From positions 75,392,001 to 75,456,000 of the forward strand of contig NC_043002.1 of assembly GCF_006345805.1 (NCBI RefSeq): a stretch of 64,000 nucleotides of DNA, in the 5' to 3' direction. This stretch comes from Octopus sinensis. Lineage: Eukaryota. How positions within the stretch are numbered: position 1 is the first letter of the stretch; the number at the start of each line of letters is the position of its first letter. This document shows positions 40,148 through 53,815 of the stretch, in pieces. Below the pieces are notes generated by a model, which was not told the origin of the DNA, ran no database searches, and was given only the letters and a program-made list of their open reading frames with translations. A program made the position numbers and the translations under genes.

Positions 40148-42700
40148 TGGTAGACTGTAACAACCTATCCTACCTATATACAAGGAAAGATGGACATAAA
40201 ATGATGAGGTGTTTGTGTTACATGTGTGTATGTATGTGTGTGTGCATAAATGTGTGTGTGTGTATCATTGATTGACCAGAGATGTTTTTATACACAGCTG
40301 GTCACTCTGTGCTTTCTTGCATTGTTGTAAATTTTGAATGATGCTATTTTGCTGGCTTGGCAGGCAGGCAGGCAGGCAAAAATTGCCCTTAAAGAGAACA
40401 TCAGTCAGTTGCAGGGTTACCCATTTAGAGCTGAGTGGACATAGGGTACATGGTTTGGTAGTTAAGCTCTTGATTTGATTTCTGGACCAGGTGACTTGTT
40501 GCATTCTTGTGCAAGGCATTTGATTTCACGTTGCTCCAGTCTACTCTACTAAAATGAATACCAGTCCATTGTTGGTGCAGCTCTCTGTTTCCTTCCACTT
40601 AGCACATCTTGGACATTCCTCTGGATCAAGAAGAGGAGGTTGGGGCTGAGAGAGTGCCTTTCATTGTTTGCGACCACACAGACGCCTGAAACAATTAAAG
40701 AACACATGCTATCAAATCATTGTTGATTTCATATAACAGCTGTGTAAATATGTATGTCCATTTTCACATTGTTTGTACAAGTTTATAATATACTACTAAC
40801 ATTTCATGTGTCTGGATTCTATGTTACCACCCATCCTGTGAACAACACTAGCCTATATTGTGTTGAACTTTAGAGGTTTGAACAGTAACAAAATAGCATT
40901 ATCTTTATGATCATCAATGGAAGTTGAGTACGTCTACTTATTACTAGTCATCAGTACTTGAAAAAAAACATCAACTAACGAAAATGACCTGTGATATTCC
41001 ATATCATCTAAACCCATGCAACCTTGAAGCAGCAGATGCACTTGCAGTATACTTACAACGTTGCGCTGCTGTTTCCATCCTGTCTTGTTACATACACCAA
41101 CCGACTTGGAAGCATTACAAAATTTCAAGTCATTTTTAATTGTTTAACTCTTGTTTGTAAAATTTCTTGGCAAAGATTTAATCTCATTTGTGTGGCGCCT
41201 TTGTGCATCTCCTACCATATTTAAGGCATCTATGTTTGTCATGTATTGTATCATTTCATGTATGAGAATAACAGAGAATATATTGTTTCATCTTTCACAC
41301 AGCTTGAAGTGTAAGTTGTATTAGCCAGTCTGTCTCCTAATTCATTCTCCGAAAGTGTTGAATATCTTTTTCTTGAGTATTTTCTCACATTTCACTTCGG
41401 TTTTCTCTTTAAACAAAAGTCTGTGTATGCGTATGGATATATTTATTTATTTAGATATTTCCTAAAATATATTGCCATGTTGGAAAATGCAAATAAATAA
41501 ATAAATAAATAATAAGCAATCATGAATGAATAAATTACTGTAAAGAAAGGAATGTAGGAAGAAAAAATGTAAAAAAAAAAAAAAGGTAAAAGATAGAAAG
41601 CAGCAAATATGAATTCTCATAAAGAAATATTCTCATTAAACCAGTTTAAAGAAGCTATTGAAATTTACAATTCACACTTGTCTCTATGTACAGGCATGTG
41701 GTATTGTTTTACAATACACGCATTCAGGTATGTATGAGCATGTGGTATTGTCTTACAAGACACTTACACACTCACATTTGCCTAAGTGTGTGGCATTTGT
41801 TTTGCAATGCACACGCAAACACAAATACACACACAAGCAAGTATAAACATTCCCATACACTTGCATACATATGCTTACGCACTCATATTTAATACCCTAT
41901 CATATTGTAATTCACCATTATTTTCTAGTAGCCACTTTGACGTGACGATGATGCTAAGTGCTTAAGACTGAGCTGTTATTACAGATTAATTCCCCTATAA
42001 ATTTTTCTTTATAGATAATATTTCAATATGTATGTATGCGTATGTGTGTACATATACATAAATTTGTGTATGTATTCATAAATGTCTGTGGAAACGGAAA
42101 AAATATAATAAATAGGAAAGAAGAAAAATAAACTTAATGAAATAAATGATTTGTTTGCTTGTGTTTTTTGTAAGTTGTCTCTAAATATTAACATGTTTAA
42201 TATGTAAATATTTAAATAGATTTTGGTCTTCAACGTTTTCTGTCAATCCGTTAATTTGTCTTTAATTGAAGAAGCGAGATTAAGAACAATATTGCTAATG
42301 AATTAACTTGATAGAGTCACTCAGTGTTTAAAAGTATTACCGCTAATGAGGAAACTTGATAAATTAGATGTGTATGCATATATGTATCTACATTCATATG
42401 TTTGTGTATACTCACTCTTGCATATATATATATATATGTAAATTTGTACATGCACACCAATCTGCATACACACATACATACAAAATATAAGAACAATACA
42501 GTGAAAGAGAGAAAAATTAGAGAGGATACAACTAATTATCAATAATAGGATGGAGTATGTAGTTAGAACATACAATGCAAATTTCAATCAGTTGGAAATT
42601 TTTTGCATATGTCATCCAGTACATCAACTTCTGCCTGGTATAAGTAGAATATAGTTGATGTAAACAGAATTTGTTGTTGTTGGTTTTTTTTTTTTTTCTT

Positions 42701-42928
42701 TTGACCCTGTTGCAGTTAGATTATTCTGTTGAATGTAATGCATATTTATTTATATTGTTTCGAATTAATCATGCATTATCTTGTAATTTCGAAATTTCGA
42801 TTACGTGATTGTTTATTTTTAGAATGATACTGTAAGGTAGGTGTGAGAAGCCAGATCTGGCCGGTTTGAACAAATAACAGATAAAATATTTGGGTGGGAT
42901 ATGGCCAGTTTAAATGCTGAAAGGTTAA
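42701..42928 (+). mobile_element. Family P1 MITE copy
   Basis: ttgaccctgttgca ... aatgctgaaaggttaa; same body. Confidence 0.78.
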
Positions 42929-43789
42929 AAAATAGAACCACAAATGGCATATTCCTGATGTAGAATCTATCCAAAGAAAAGAATTTATTTGGCAAACAGA
43001 CTGCGATACAGAATTTATTTACCATGAAAAACTTCTGGCGCATCTTCATTTTGTGTGTGAAGAAACAATATTTTTTTGTGATTAATTGAAACAAAAACAC
43101 CCTGTATTCCTTTTAGTTACAGTTCCTTCTCTATTGGTCATTACACTTTATCTCTGATCCTGATAAAGTAATATCTGGTGTAGAAGTTGACTGTTATTTT
43201 AACTGAACTATCATAGACAGCCATGCTCTCTATGATCATCATCATTAACAGACTCATAGATCCATGATCTGTACAAGCATCATCACTAACACCACCACTA
43301 TTATTATCATCATCTTCAGTGTCATCATCATCATTATTATTTAGTAAGTATATTCTGTGCTGACCTGGATTAGATGGTTTGACAGGTCACAAGATCTGAG
43401 CTCCATTGACTGTTTTGGCATAGTTTCTATGGCGAGATGCCCTTCCCAATACCAACCATACTTTACCAGATCACTTCTATAACATTGTTTTGGAGTTATC
43501 TACGATGAACTAAAACTTTTCTTTTACCTGAGCCAATAAGGTATAGCATTTTCTGAGTTATGACTCTATGGATTGCACTTTGTCATCTGATTGTCTCCTT
43601 AGTTGACTTGCAACTAGTGAGTAACATTTGTCTCCTCTAAACTGTGACAACCAAAGCTTTATATATTGATACAAAACTACTAAGTTGTATCAATTGCTCT
43701 CTCCCAGAACTACTACTACAACTATTTCAACTGTCAAATAAGCTAGTTCTAAAATCTCTGTAAGAGATTAATGCAGTAGCTCTACTGGC

Positions 43790-44213
43790 AAGTAATGTTT
43801 GTCACCACTTCAACATGACTGTTCTATTTGAATGGACGTTAATGTGATTTTTTAACCTCAAAAGGATTGTGTTTATCTCTTACAGAGACTTGAGAACTAG
43901 CTTATTTGCTTGTTGCAAGATCAGCAACTGAATGTCACTTGAATTTATATATGTTACGAATGGAAGTGAGCTACTGCCATCTCTAGCAGACAAGGTGTCC
44001 AGTATTGAAAATGGGCAGAAAGTAGCCCAAAACCAGCTGGTCTACCGATCCTCTCGCTAGAAGGTGGTAGGGGTTTGCTCTCCTGCTTGCAGTATGCTGG
44101 ATGCAGATGTGCATCGTTGACCAGCTACAGGAAATGTTCTCTTCGGGTTAAAAAATCGCAGTAACGTCCATTCAAATGGAACAGCCATGTTGAAGTTGCA
44201 ACAAACATTACTT
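43790..44213. mobile_element. Long-TIR MITE (~75-bp TIRs)
   Basis: aagtaatgtttgtcaccacttcaacatgactgttctatttgaatggacgtt... pairs with ...aacgtccattcaaatggaacagccatgttgaagttgcaacaaacattactt. Confidence 0.88.
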
Positions 44214-45231
44214 ATTTCAACTGTCTTTGTCACCTAAGTGATTCCTATTCAACTTGCCATACTTTCTTTTGCAAATTTGTACTTCAAAAAAGATTTATAA
44301 TGAATATAATTTTTTAAAAGAATCACTCAGTTAAACTTTGTCTCTGACGTGTTTTTGTTGCCAAAACAGTGTTGATCAAAGTTACATTGAAACCTAACAA
44401 TGCCCATTCTTGTTTCTTCTGTCTTGTTGATTGATGTTTTGGGATTAAGAACTGTACTCACAAACACAGTTCAGCTTTTCTTTTTTTCATGTGATCAATC
44501 AGCACAAACCCCACTGCCATGAAACTGTAACTATCATTACCTCACTAATGCATTATCTCTAAAGATATGAGAGATAAATAAATAAATATAAATATTTTGT
44601 GGGATGATTGCACTGAAGAGTGGAATTCCTTCTTTTGAATAATGTTCAGAAAACAGAATCTTAGATCATTTTCTTTAGCAATTGAAAATAAAAATAAAAA
44701 AAATTTTAAATGTAAAAGAAAAACAAAAGAAAAAAAAGCTAAATAATAAACAAGAAAATTTCCTGAATAGTTTTTCTCTAATGTATAAATATAAAATATT
44801 TAAAAAAAAGTATATATATATATATATATATAATAAACATACAGCCATCATGTAAAAAAAAAAAGAAGAGAAAAACATGAAAAAAAAAAACTGTATGGCT
44901 ATCAAATAAATAGCTACCAAAACATACCTGCTGAAACCATTTCACATACCATTGGTGGTGTATGTTGCATACTGTGAAATTAACAGCCTATTTTAGAGAG
45001 AAAGATAAATTGTTTAATAGCTTTTACACATATATTCTTACCATATCCCATCCATAGTCTCCCTTTATCTTTTTCTGTTATCTCCTCTTTATTGATTGCA
45101 TTATTTGTTTCATTTTATCCATTCTTATTGGCTGGCTTTCGTTTGGTAAAGAGCCATGCTTTACTTCAACTAAAAGTGTGGCTCTTTACCAAATTAGGAA
45201 CCATTTTCTAAACTTTGATAATGTAACTCTC

Positions 45232-45265
<34 letters not shown>

Positions 45266-45749
45266 GTTGTGTTTTTTTTTCTTTCTCCCTTATGTCCATC
45301 ATCTTTCTGTTCTTTGTTTTTCATTTTATGATCTTTTTACGTATGGGTCTTTTTTTTTTTTTTTGTAAATTATTTTTTATTTTTATAGACATTACTGATA
45401 ACATGTTTAAAAAGAAAAATAGATAAGTGCATTAGTTTTCTGCAAGCTGTTAGTGTATCAGTTAATCTTATTTAGTACACCACTAACGATGTTTCCAATA
45501 GTTTCAGCAACTCCTGTTAGAATCTGTTAATAAATAAAACAGACTTGATTTTTAGTTGGGGAGAACTCTCTCTCTCTCCCTCCCTCCTGTCCCCACTTCA
45601 CTCTACGTTTGTCTCTAACTCTTTCTGTCCTTCTGTTTGTGTTTTTCTCTCTGTGTCTCTCTCTATATCTATCTTGTTCTATCTATCTGTATATCTCTTA
45701 TTCTCTCTTTCTATGTGTGTATATATCTAGCTATGTCTCTCTCTCTCTC

Positions 45750-45784
<35 letters not shown>

Positions 45785-46199
45785 TTCTCTCTCTCTATCT
45801 ATTTGTCTGTCTATGTATAGCTATCTCTAACTTCATATTTCTTTCTCTGTCTTTCTCTCTATGTATGTATATCTGTTCCTAACTCTCTTCCCCCCCCCTC
45901 AGTCTTTGTCTCTCTCTTCTCTCTCTCTCTCTCTCTCTCTCTCCATGCATTGTTTATTTTTTTACAGCTGAAATTTTCATTCATCAACTCGTTCACTACA
46001 GACATGCTCACTCCCCTCATCCTCTCTCTTTCTCTCTCCAACTCTTAATTAAAAGTTTCCTTGTTGAATACGAATTGTTTTCCTTGTGTTAGCTGAGACT
46101 AATTGTTGAACTTGTGTCACACTTGGTGTCTGTTAATTTTAGCTTTAAAGGATTTATCAAAATAAAAAGTTTAATCCTTGTGTCATTTTTTTCTTTATT

Positions 46200-46567
46200 T
46201 TTTACTTATTACATTGGATTGTGGTCATACTGGAGCATTGCCTTGAAGGGCTTTAGTAAAACAAATCAACCACAGAACTTATACTTTTTTCTTTTAAAGT
46301 CTGTACTTATTCTATTGGTCTTTTTTTTTTACCAATCTTCTAAGTTATAGGGATGTAAACAAAATAAGACTGGTTGTCAAGCAGTGGTAGTGAATGACAA
46401 ATAAAAACACACACACACACACACACGATAGGCTTCTATATAGTTGCTATCTACCAAAGTCGCTCACAAAGCAATGAGACCTGCCTAAGGTGCTGCACAG
46501 TGGGACTGAAACCAAAACCATGTGGTTGCAAAGAGAGCTTCTAAACCACGCAGCCACACATGCACCT
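46200..46567 (-). mobile_element. SINE family A (diverged)
   Basis: ctggagcattgcc...ggttgtcaagc...cagtgggactgaa. Confidence 0.75.
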
Positions 46568-46569
46568 AA

Positions 46570-46786
46570 TTATTTCCGTTTAAATATAGTCTCTCCCCCC
46601 CACCACCACCAATTAATTTAGAAAATAATGAAGTGTATTGTAAAATAACTTTGTTCTTATGAAGCTGATGTTTGGAACAGAACATGGAATTTTGGTGAGA
46701 AGTTTTAGTTTAGATCATTTTAATTTACAAAGTTTGTACCATAGAACCAGAGTTAGTCCTGGGGAAATTGGTATCAAAAGGGTTAA
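46570..46786 (+). mobile_element. Family P2 MITE copy (left end lost)
   Basis: Body matches 55721-55950; ends gtatcaaaagggttaa. Confidence 0.7.
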
Positions 46787-48349
46787 TAGCTAAGTTTCTA
46801 GTGTAGCTATAGCAGGTTCTAATGGTGGTAGTGGTGGAAAGCGCTATCAGGATTTATACTCATGTGTCTCTTGATACATATTTTGCAGATGGAAATTTCT
46901 AACTATTTAGTATTTGTTACATGAGCCCTTTAATGTTTATCTGTATTTTTTAAATCCTGACAATAAAAAAAAACAAAACAAACAAAAAACAAAATTCAGT
47001 TTTCCCCTTGAAAGCAACTATACAATTTTCTACTGAATATCTCATCTTAACCCCTATAGCATTTAAAGCATCAGCCAAAAGAAAACAAGCACACATGCAC
47101 ACACTGTTGATGTTGAAGTTCCAGTGAAGGAGCCTTGGATCTAGGTTAGAAACTGGATCTTTCTTTATCGGCAAGAAATCTTGAAATAAAAACTGAATAA
47201 TATGCATGCACACATGAGCAAGAGAAAGGGAGATTTCAGATGTCAACCATTCTGCAACAACTACCAAATATCTTTATTGTTTGCATGCAACAACATTGTT
47301 TAAATGTTAAGAATCCTTAGACTGTGTCCAAATCTTCAATTTTGTCATTTTCTCTTTGGTTCTTGTGTAGCATGTAAAGTATCAGAATTATTAACAATAG
47401 GTGTTATTGGTTTAAAGATTTCACTTGTTTGTTTTGAATTTGTCGTTTTGGGCTTTGCTAAAACTTCCTGCCCAAATAATGACGTTAATTGCTCTGTCAG
47501 CAAATATAATACTTTGGAGATAAAACATCATGTGAGTTGAAAGTTTCTATAATGTTCTGGTTACTAAATGTATATCCAAAGTATCTTATTTTATTATAGT
47601 CTAATAAGAACAAAAAAAATAGGATAAGGAGTTTGCAGAACTCCTATTCCTTTTTCTGTACGATTCCACAGTTAAGTAAATATGTTAACAGGCTACAATA
47701 TTAAAAAAATGGTTCACACTTTCAGCTCTGTCATCTGGGACTTGCTAAGTGACAAAATGATTATATTAGTATGTATACCCTGAACACATAAACAAGTCTT
47801 GTTTATCTGTTTAGATCACTATATTTATGATTCTGGTTTTCAGAATCCTCCTCCTCCTCATCATCATCATCATCATCATCATCTTCTTCTTCTTCTTTCT
47901 TAGCAGTGTAAACATATACTAGTTTTGTATTGAGATATATTAAAGAACAAAACACTAAATCCCTTCTTTTCAAAAATATGGATTTCTTCCAAAGTTAGAA
48001 GTGGTTAGAATGCTGTAACAGAAATAGTAAAGTGCCATTTGTTCCAGTGTATTCTGGGTTTCAGTTCCTGTCCAAGTCAACTTTTTCACATCCCTGGAGG
48101 TTGATAAAATAAGTAATAGGCATGTACTGGGATCAGTTGACTTGATCATAACTTGTATATTATTGGTGCAAGGCCACAGTATTGCAGCCTTATCTTAATA
48201 TCTTAGTTTGTCCCTTTGTTTAAGCCCTGTTAAAGTCATGCAATTCATTGTAATATTTGTTCCACCTGGGTTATATAGATAATCCCTAGTCAGTTTTACC
48301 CATTTGAAAATCCTATAACCAATCACACCATTGTTCACAAATTGTATAA

Positions 48350-49108
48350 TTGGCTGTTTGATTAAGAAGCTGACTTTACAACCAAATAGTTCCAGATTCA
48401 GCCCCACTGTTTGACACCTTGGGCAAGTGTCTTTTACTACAAATCCAGGCCACCCAATAGTTTGTGAGTGAATTTGGTGGATAGAAACTTTGTAGAACTC
48501 TTCGTGCATGATTTTGTATTTATGTGTGTGTGTTTGTGTGTTTTGACAACTAGTGTCAAGTCGTTTGTGCCCTTGAACTCAACAGTTCAGCAAAAGACAA
48601 GTCAATGGAGTATAAGTACTGAACTGAAAATAGGTCCTGGGGTTGATTGGGTTGATTTAGTCAACTAGAACCTTTGGAAACAGTGCTCAAGCATGGCCAT
48701 GGTCTAATGAGTAAAACAAGTAAAAGAATAGGCAATACTGTGTGAAAGCTTGCTTCCCAATTGCATGATTCTGGATTCAGTCCCACTGTGTGGCACCTTG
48801 GGCAAGTGTCTTCTACTATAACCTTGGACTGACCAAAGCCTTGTGAGTGGATTTGGTAGTCGGAAACCGAAAGAAGCCCAATGCATATATATGTGTATCT
48901 GTGTCTGTGTTTGTCCCCCACTGTTGCTTGACAACCAATGTTGGTGTATTTATGTCCCCATAATGTAGCTGTTTGGTGAAAGAGAACAAAAAAAATAAGT
49001 ACTCGGCTTACAGAGAATACGTCCTGGGGTTGATTTCTTTAACTGAAAAACCCTTTAAGGCAGTGCACCAGTATGGCCGCAATCAAAAGACTGAAACAAG
49101 TAAAATGA
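48350..49108 (+). mobile_element. Two head-to-tail family A SINEs (~48350-48730 and ~48731-49108)
   Basis: Head-body-tail sequence occurs twice with essentially no spacer. Confidence 0.85.
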
Positions 49109-50099
49109 AAACTCCTTCCCAATTACTCTTCCATCACAACTTAATCAGGTACCCTGACATGAAATTTGTCTTCACTTTCTCTTTTCTTTCTCTCTCTCTC
49201 TCTCTGATTTTCCTGTCATGTAACTGAGTCTGATGTTTCAGTAGTTTGTTTCCTAATGTCAAAACACAACACCATTCGCTGGATGTGAACTCAAGATTCT
49301 TCTCTTTATAGAAGAAAATGGACACTGCATTCAACAAGTCCTTTGCCAAATCCTCTCTCTACACCTGCCTGTCTGTCTCTGCCCCCCTCTCTCTCTCTCC
49401 TCTTTTCCTCTATCCTTCTCTTCCTCCACACTCCCTCCACTGCTTACTGCCATGTCTGCAGAGCCAGTTATCTGCAGTAGCTTCTGTTTAGATCTGAAAC
49501 ATCAGAGGAACCATTTTATTAGTTGAAGCTATTCTAACATGGAGCGTAAATGTCTTTATGAATGGCATCACATCCTCAAATTTTTTCCACCCCACTTGTT
49601 CTCTCTTTCCCGCCCTCCCTCCCTCTCTCACCTCGGTCTTCTCCATCTCTCTCTCTCTCTCTCTCCCTTCCCCTCTCTCATCCCTCCTCCCCCTCGTCAT
49701 CATTGTTAGTTGATTCAATTGACTTAGTCTCTTCTAATCGTCTACAGAGCTTCTTTCTATCTTTCTCTCTCTCTGTTCTCCCCCACATATACCATATATG
49801 TGTGTGTGCGCATGCGCGCATGTGTGTATACATGCGCACGCTCACACACACACACACACACACAAACACACATATAGACATACTTTATGTGGCAAAAACT
49901 AAAATAATGGCTGAGTGTGCAAAGTTGCATAGGTTTCTTTTTTATTGTTTTGATTTCGGTTTCCCATGTATGAAATATGTATTAGACACACACACACACA
50001 CACACACGCACACATATTTTTACAAAAATAAATTTTACTTATAGATATTTTTTTTATAAAATTAAGTCTACCATTCCACCTCATTTTATCTTTGCTCAG

Positions 50100-50225
50100 T
50101 CATGTGCAATATACATACTTACATACATAAATACATACATATGTATGTATTATATATGTATTTATTCATATAATGCATTGAATATATCTATCTATCTATA
50201 TTTATATATATATATATATATATTT

Positions 50226-50274
<49 letters not shown>

Positions 50275-50293
50275 ATTAAATATTTATATGCAT

Positions 50294-50325
<32 letters not shown>

Positions 50326-50676
50326 TATTACATACACACATATGTATGTATTACATACATACACACACACATACAAATGTAGACATTATTATTGTTATTA
50401 TTATTATCATTAATTTTATTGTTGTTGTTATAGTTATTATCATTCTCTGTAGTTTATTGCAGAGGACTATAAAATATGCAGTCTTATGTGTTTAAAACTA
50501 AAATGTTGTGTGACTATTACTGTTGTGAAAAATAGCTTATCTATTTCGAAAGAAGTCAGATATATTTTCATTCTTTTTGTTGTGTGTGTGAATGTGTGTT
50601 TTATTATTTTACTTTTGTAGTTTCACTTTTATTTATTTGTTTATTTATTTAATTATTTATATATCTATTTCCCTCA

Positions 50677-50707
<31 letters not shown>

Positions 50708-50785
50708 TGTGTGTGTGTGTGTGTTTCCATTTTGAGATATCAGAGCGTACTTTTGTGTGTATGTATCTAGCTACATGCATATATC

Positions 50786-50821
<36 letters not shown>

Positions 50822-51112
50822 ATATATATATATATATATATAAAACATATTCACAAACACTACATTTCTTGTGTGTGTATGTGTAATATATGTATGAGTA
50901 TATATAGATATAGATATATATATGCAGTCTTAATGGCTGCAATTAATGCATGTTTCATGGTTTGAAAGATATATTTATCATTTTCTTTCATATCATATGT
51001 GCAATATTTTTATGCTTCCACAGCATTAGAAAAAAATATAAATGATATGTACATATATATATATTTACATACATATATATATGTGTGTGTGTGTATATAA
51101 TATATATATATA

Positions 51113-51151
<39 letters not shown>

Positions 51152-51572
51152 CACTAAAACAAAACAAATGGTGGAGGAAAAAAAAAGGAATAAAACAATT
51201 CTATATCTATTCTACTTAGTCATTTTTGTGTTCAAAGTATTTATTAGAAATTCAAAGAATATATTTTGTGCAAAAATGGCCATCAATGAGAGAAAAAAAA
51301 AAGAAACAACAATACTAAGTAAAAACAAGCAAAAGAGAAATTATATATATATATATAGATATATATGTATGTATCTATGTATATATGTAAAAATAACAAA
51401 AAACAAATATATGAAAATAAGGAATATTGAAAAAAATGAAAGAACAGAAAAGAAAAAATCCTCTTTGAATTCACTATAATGTGTAATTTAGTTTGATGAG
51501 ATCTATTTGTCCTTTGAATAGCCTAGCATTTTATTGTTGAAATGGTGAATATATTGCTGGATATTAATTGAG

Positions 51573-51605
<33 letters not shown>

Positions 51606-51707
51606 TGTGTATTTATGTGTGGGTTTATATATGTATATAGATCTGCACATATACATGTATACAACTCCTGTGTGTGTGTGTGTGTGTGTGTATGTATATA
51701 TATATAT

Positions 51708-51739
<32 letters not shown>

Positions 51740-52242
51740 TATATAGATACATAGATACATACAAATATATATATACATTTATTTTCATGTGCATATATAA
51801 TTTTATATGTCTTCATGTGCACGTGCATGCATGCACACACGCACACATATATATACAATGTGAGTAGGTGTGTGAGTGTGTATGTGTATATATATATAAG
51901 AATATATTGTATGTGTGTATATATATATATATTTTTAATTTTTTGGTTCTTTCTGAAATTTCTTTTTGTTATTGTTTTTTAAAAGTCTTTTTATTTACTC
52001 TTATAGTTTTTTTTCCCCCTCATTCAATGCAATGAATGCTATTTATAATGTATGTATATATGTAAGTATAGATAGATATGTAGGTAGGTAGGTAGATGTT
52101 TCTGCATTATGTCTTTGTACATGTATATAATCAGCTTTGTATCTATGTGGTTATACATATATGAATCCTTACACACAGCCATAACACATAAATTTATTCC
52201 ATTTCTAAGATATATGTATGTATGTGTATGTTCTCTTCCTCC

Positions 52243-52273
<31 letters not shown>

Positions 52274-52345
52274 TCTGTCTCCCTCTCTATATATATGCAG
52301 CGAGTGAGAGAGAGGGAAGTATACAGGCATTCACAAACACATGTA

Positions 52346-52376
<31 letters not shown>

Positions 52377-52552
52377 TATATATATTGTGCATGTATGCGT
52401 GTGTGTGTGTAATATATATAAATTTATAATACATGTATATATATATATATGTTTATACTACATGTGTATATATATATATATACACATAAATACATATATA
52501 TATTGTATGTATATATTTATATACACATATAAAAATACATATATATATATAT

Positions 52553-52591
<39 letters not shown>

Positions 52592-53388
52592 TGTATATAT
52601 ATATTTATATACATTTAAAAATATGTATAAATATTACATGTGTATATATACATGTATATAAAAATATGTATACATATTATATATATATTTGTGTATATTA
52701 TCATTTAATATTTGCTTTTCCATGTTTGCCTGGGCCAGACTATTTGTTGAGGTACATCTTCTACAGCTGCATGTCCTTCCTGTTGCTAACTTTCACTTTT
52801 TTCCCCCTATAAGGCAACATTTCCCCATTGCCAAACATGTTTTTCATGGAAGACTGGAAAGGACCAGCCTCACTTGTATAACAATGATGCACATTTAAAA
52901 CCAGCACATTGTGTCTGGACAAGGGTACATACAAGGATTCTCGCTCAATCTCTCTCTCTCATACACAAACACGCACAAAGTAGATATGTTTTTTTTATTT
53001 TCTGTCTACTAAGTCCACTCACAAAGCTTTGGTCACCCTAGGGTTATACTAGAAGACACCTGCCTGAGGTGCTGCACATTGGGACTGAACTCAAGACAAC
53101 ATGGTTGAGAAGCAAGCTTCTTAGCTACACAGTCATGACTATGTATGTATGTATGTATGTATGTATATATGTATGTATGCACACACGTGTGTGCGTGACG
53201 ATATGCATACACAGACAATTATGTCATAGGTTTCCTTATTTCCCTCTACCAAATTCACTCACCAGATTTTCATTGGCCCAATATACATATACGTATATGT
53301 ATTGTTATGTGTATATAAATATATATATATATATATAAATATGTATATATTGGTATATATGTATATATATATATATTATATATATATA

Positions 53389-53430
<42 letters not shown>

Positions 53431-53560
53431 AAAGACAACATAGTTGGGAAGCAATCATTTTAACCACACACCTATACCTAGACTTTGATGATGACGGTGA
53501 TGACAACTATATGTGTGTGTACGTGTACAAGTACACACACACACACACACATCTATATAT
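50100..53560. repeat. Dense compound (TA)n/(TG)n/(GA)n microsatellite field
   Basis: Seen directly; explains the YIYI/VCVC/THTH ORFs. Similar fields at 6735-7065, 10790-11840, 14913-15050 and 61040-61136. Confidence 0.97.
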
Positions 53561-53639
53561 ATCTCGTGAATCTATAAAAACGTATGCATTTAATGCTTTT
53601 GAATTTCTTCTTGTCACTATGTCAAATTTATTTGATTCA

Positions 53640-53815
53640 ATATATATTTGTACTCATCCTTCCTACATCAATTCCCCCAGAATCAAATGCATATCACTGT
53701 CTCATTTGCTTTATGATAATCATAAGCATACATGTTTCATTGTTTCTGTCAACTATAATGAGTTTATTTTCTCTATTACTCCCAGACGATTATAAATTCA
53801 AGTCTTCAACACAGA
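53640..53815 (-). pseudogene. Possible R4/Dong-type restriction-like endonuclease remnant
   Basis: Minus frame RENKLIIVDRNNETCMLM resembles NRPDIxIxDxxxKxCxLID but lacks PD; very decayed. Confidence 0.3.
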
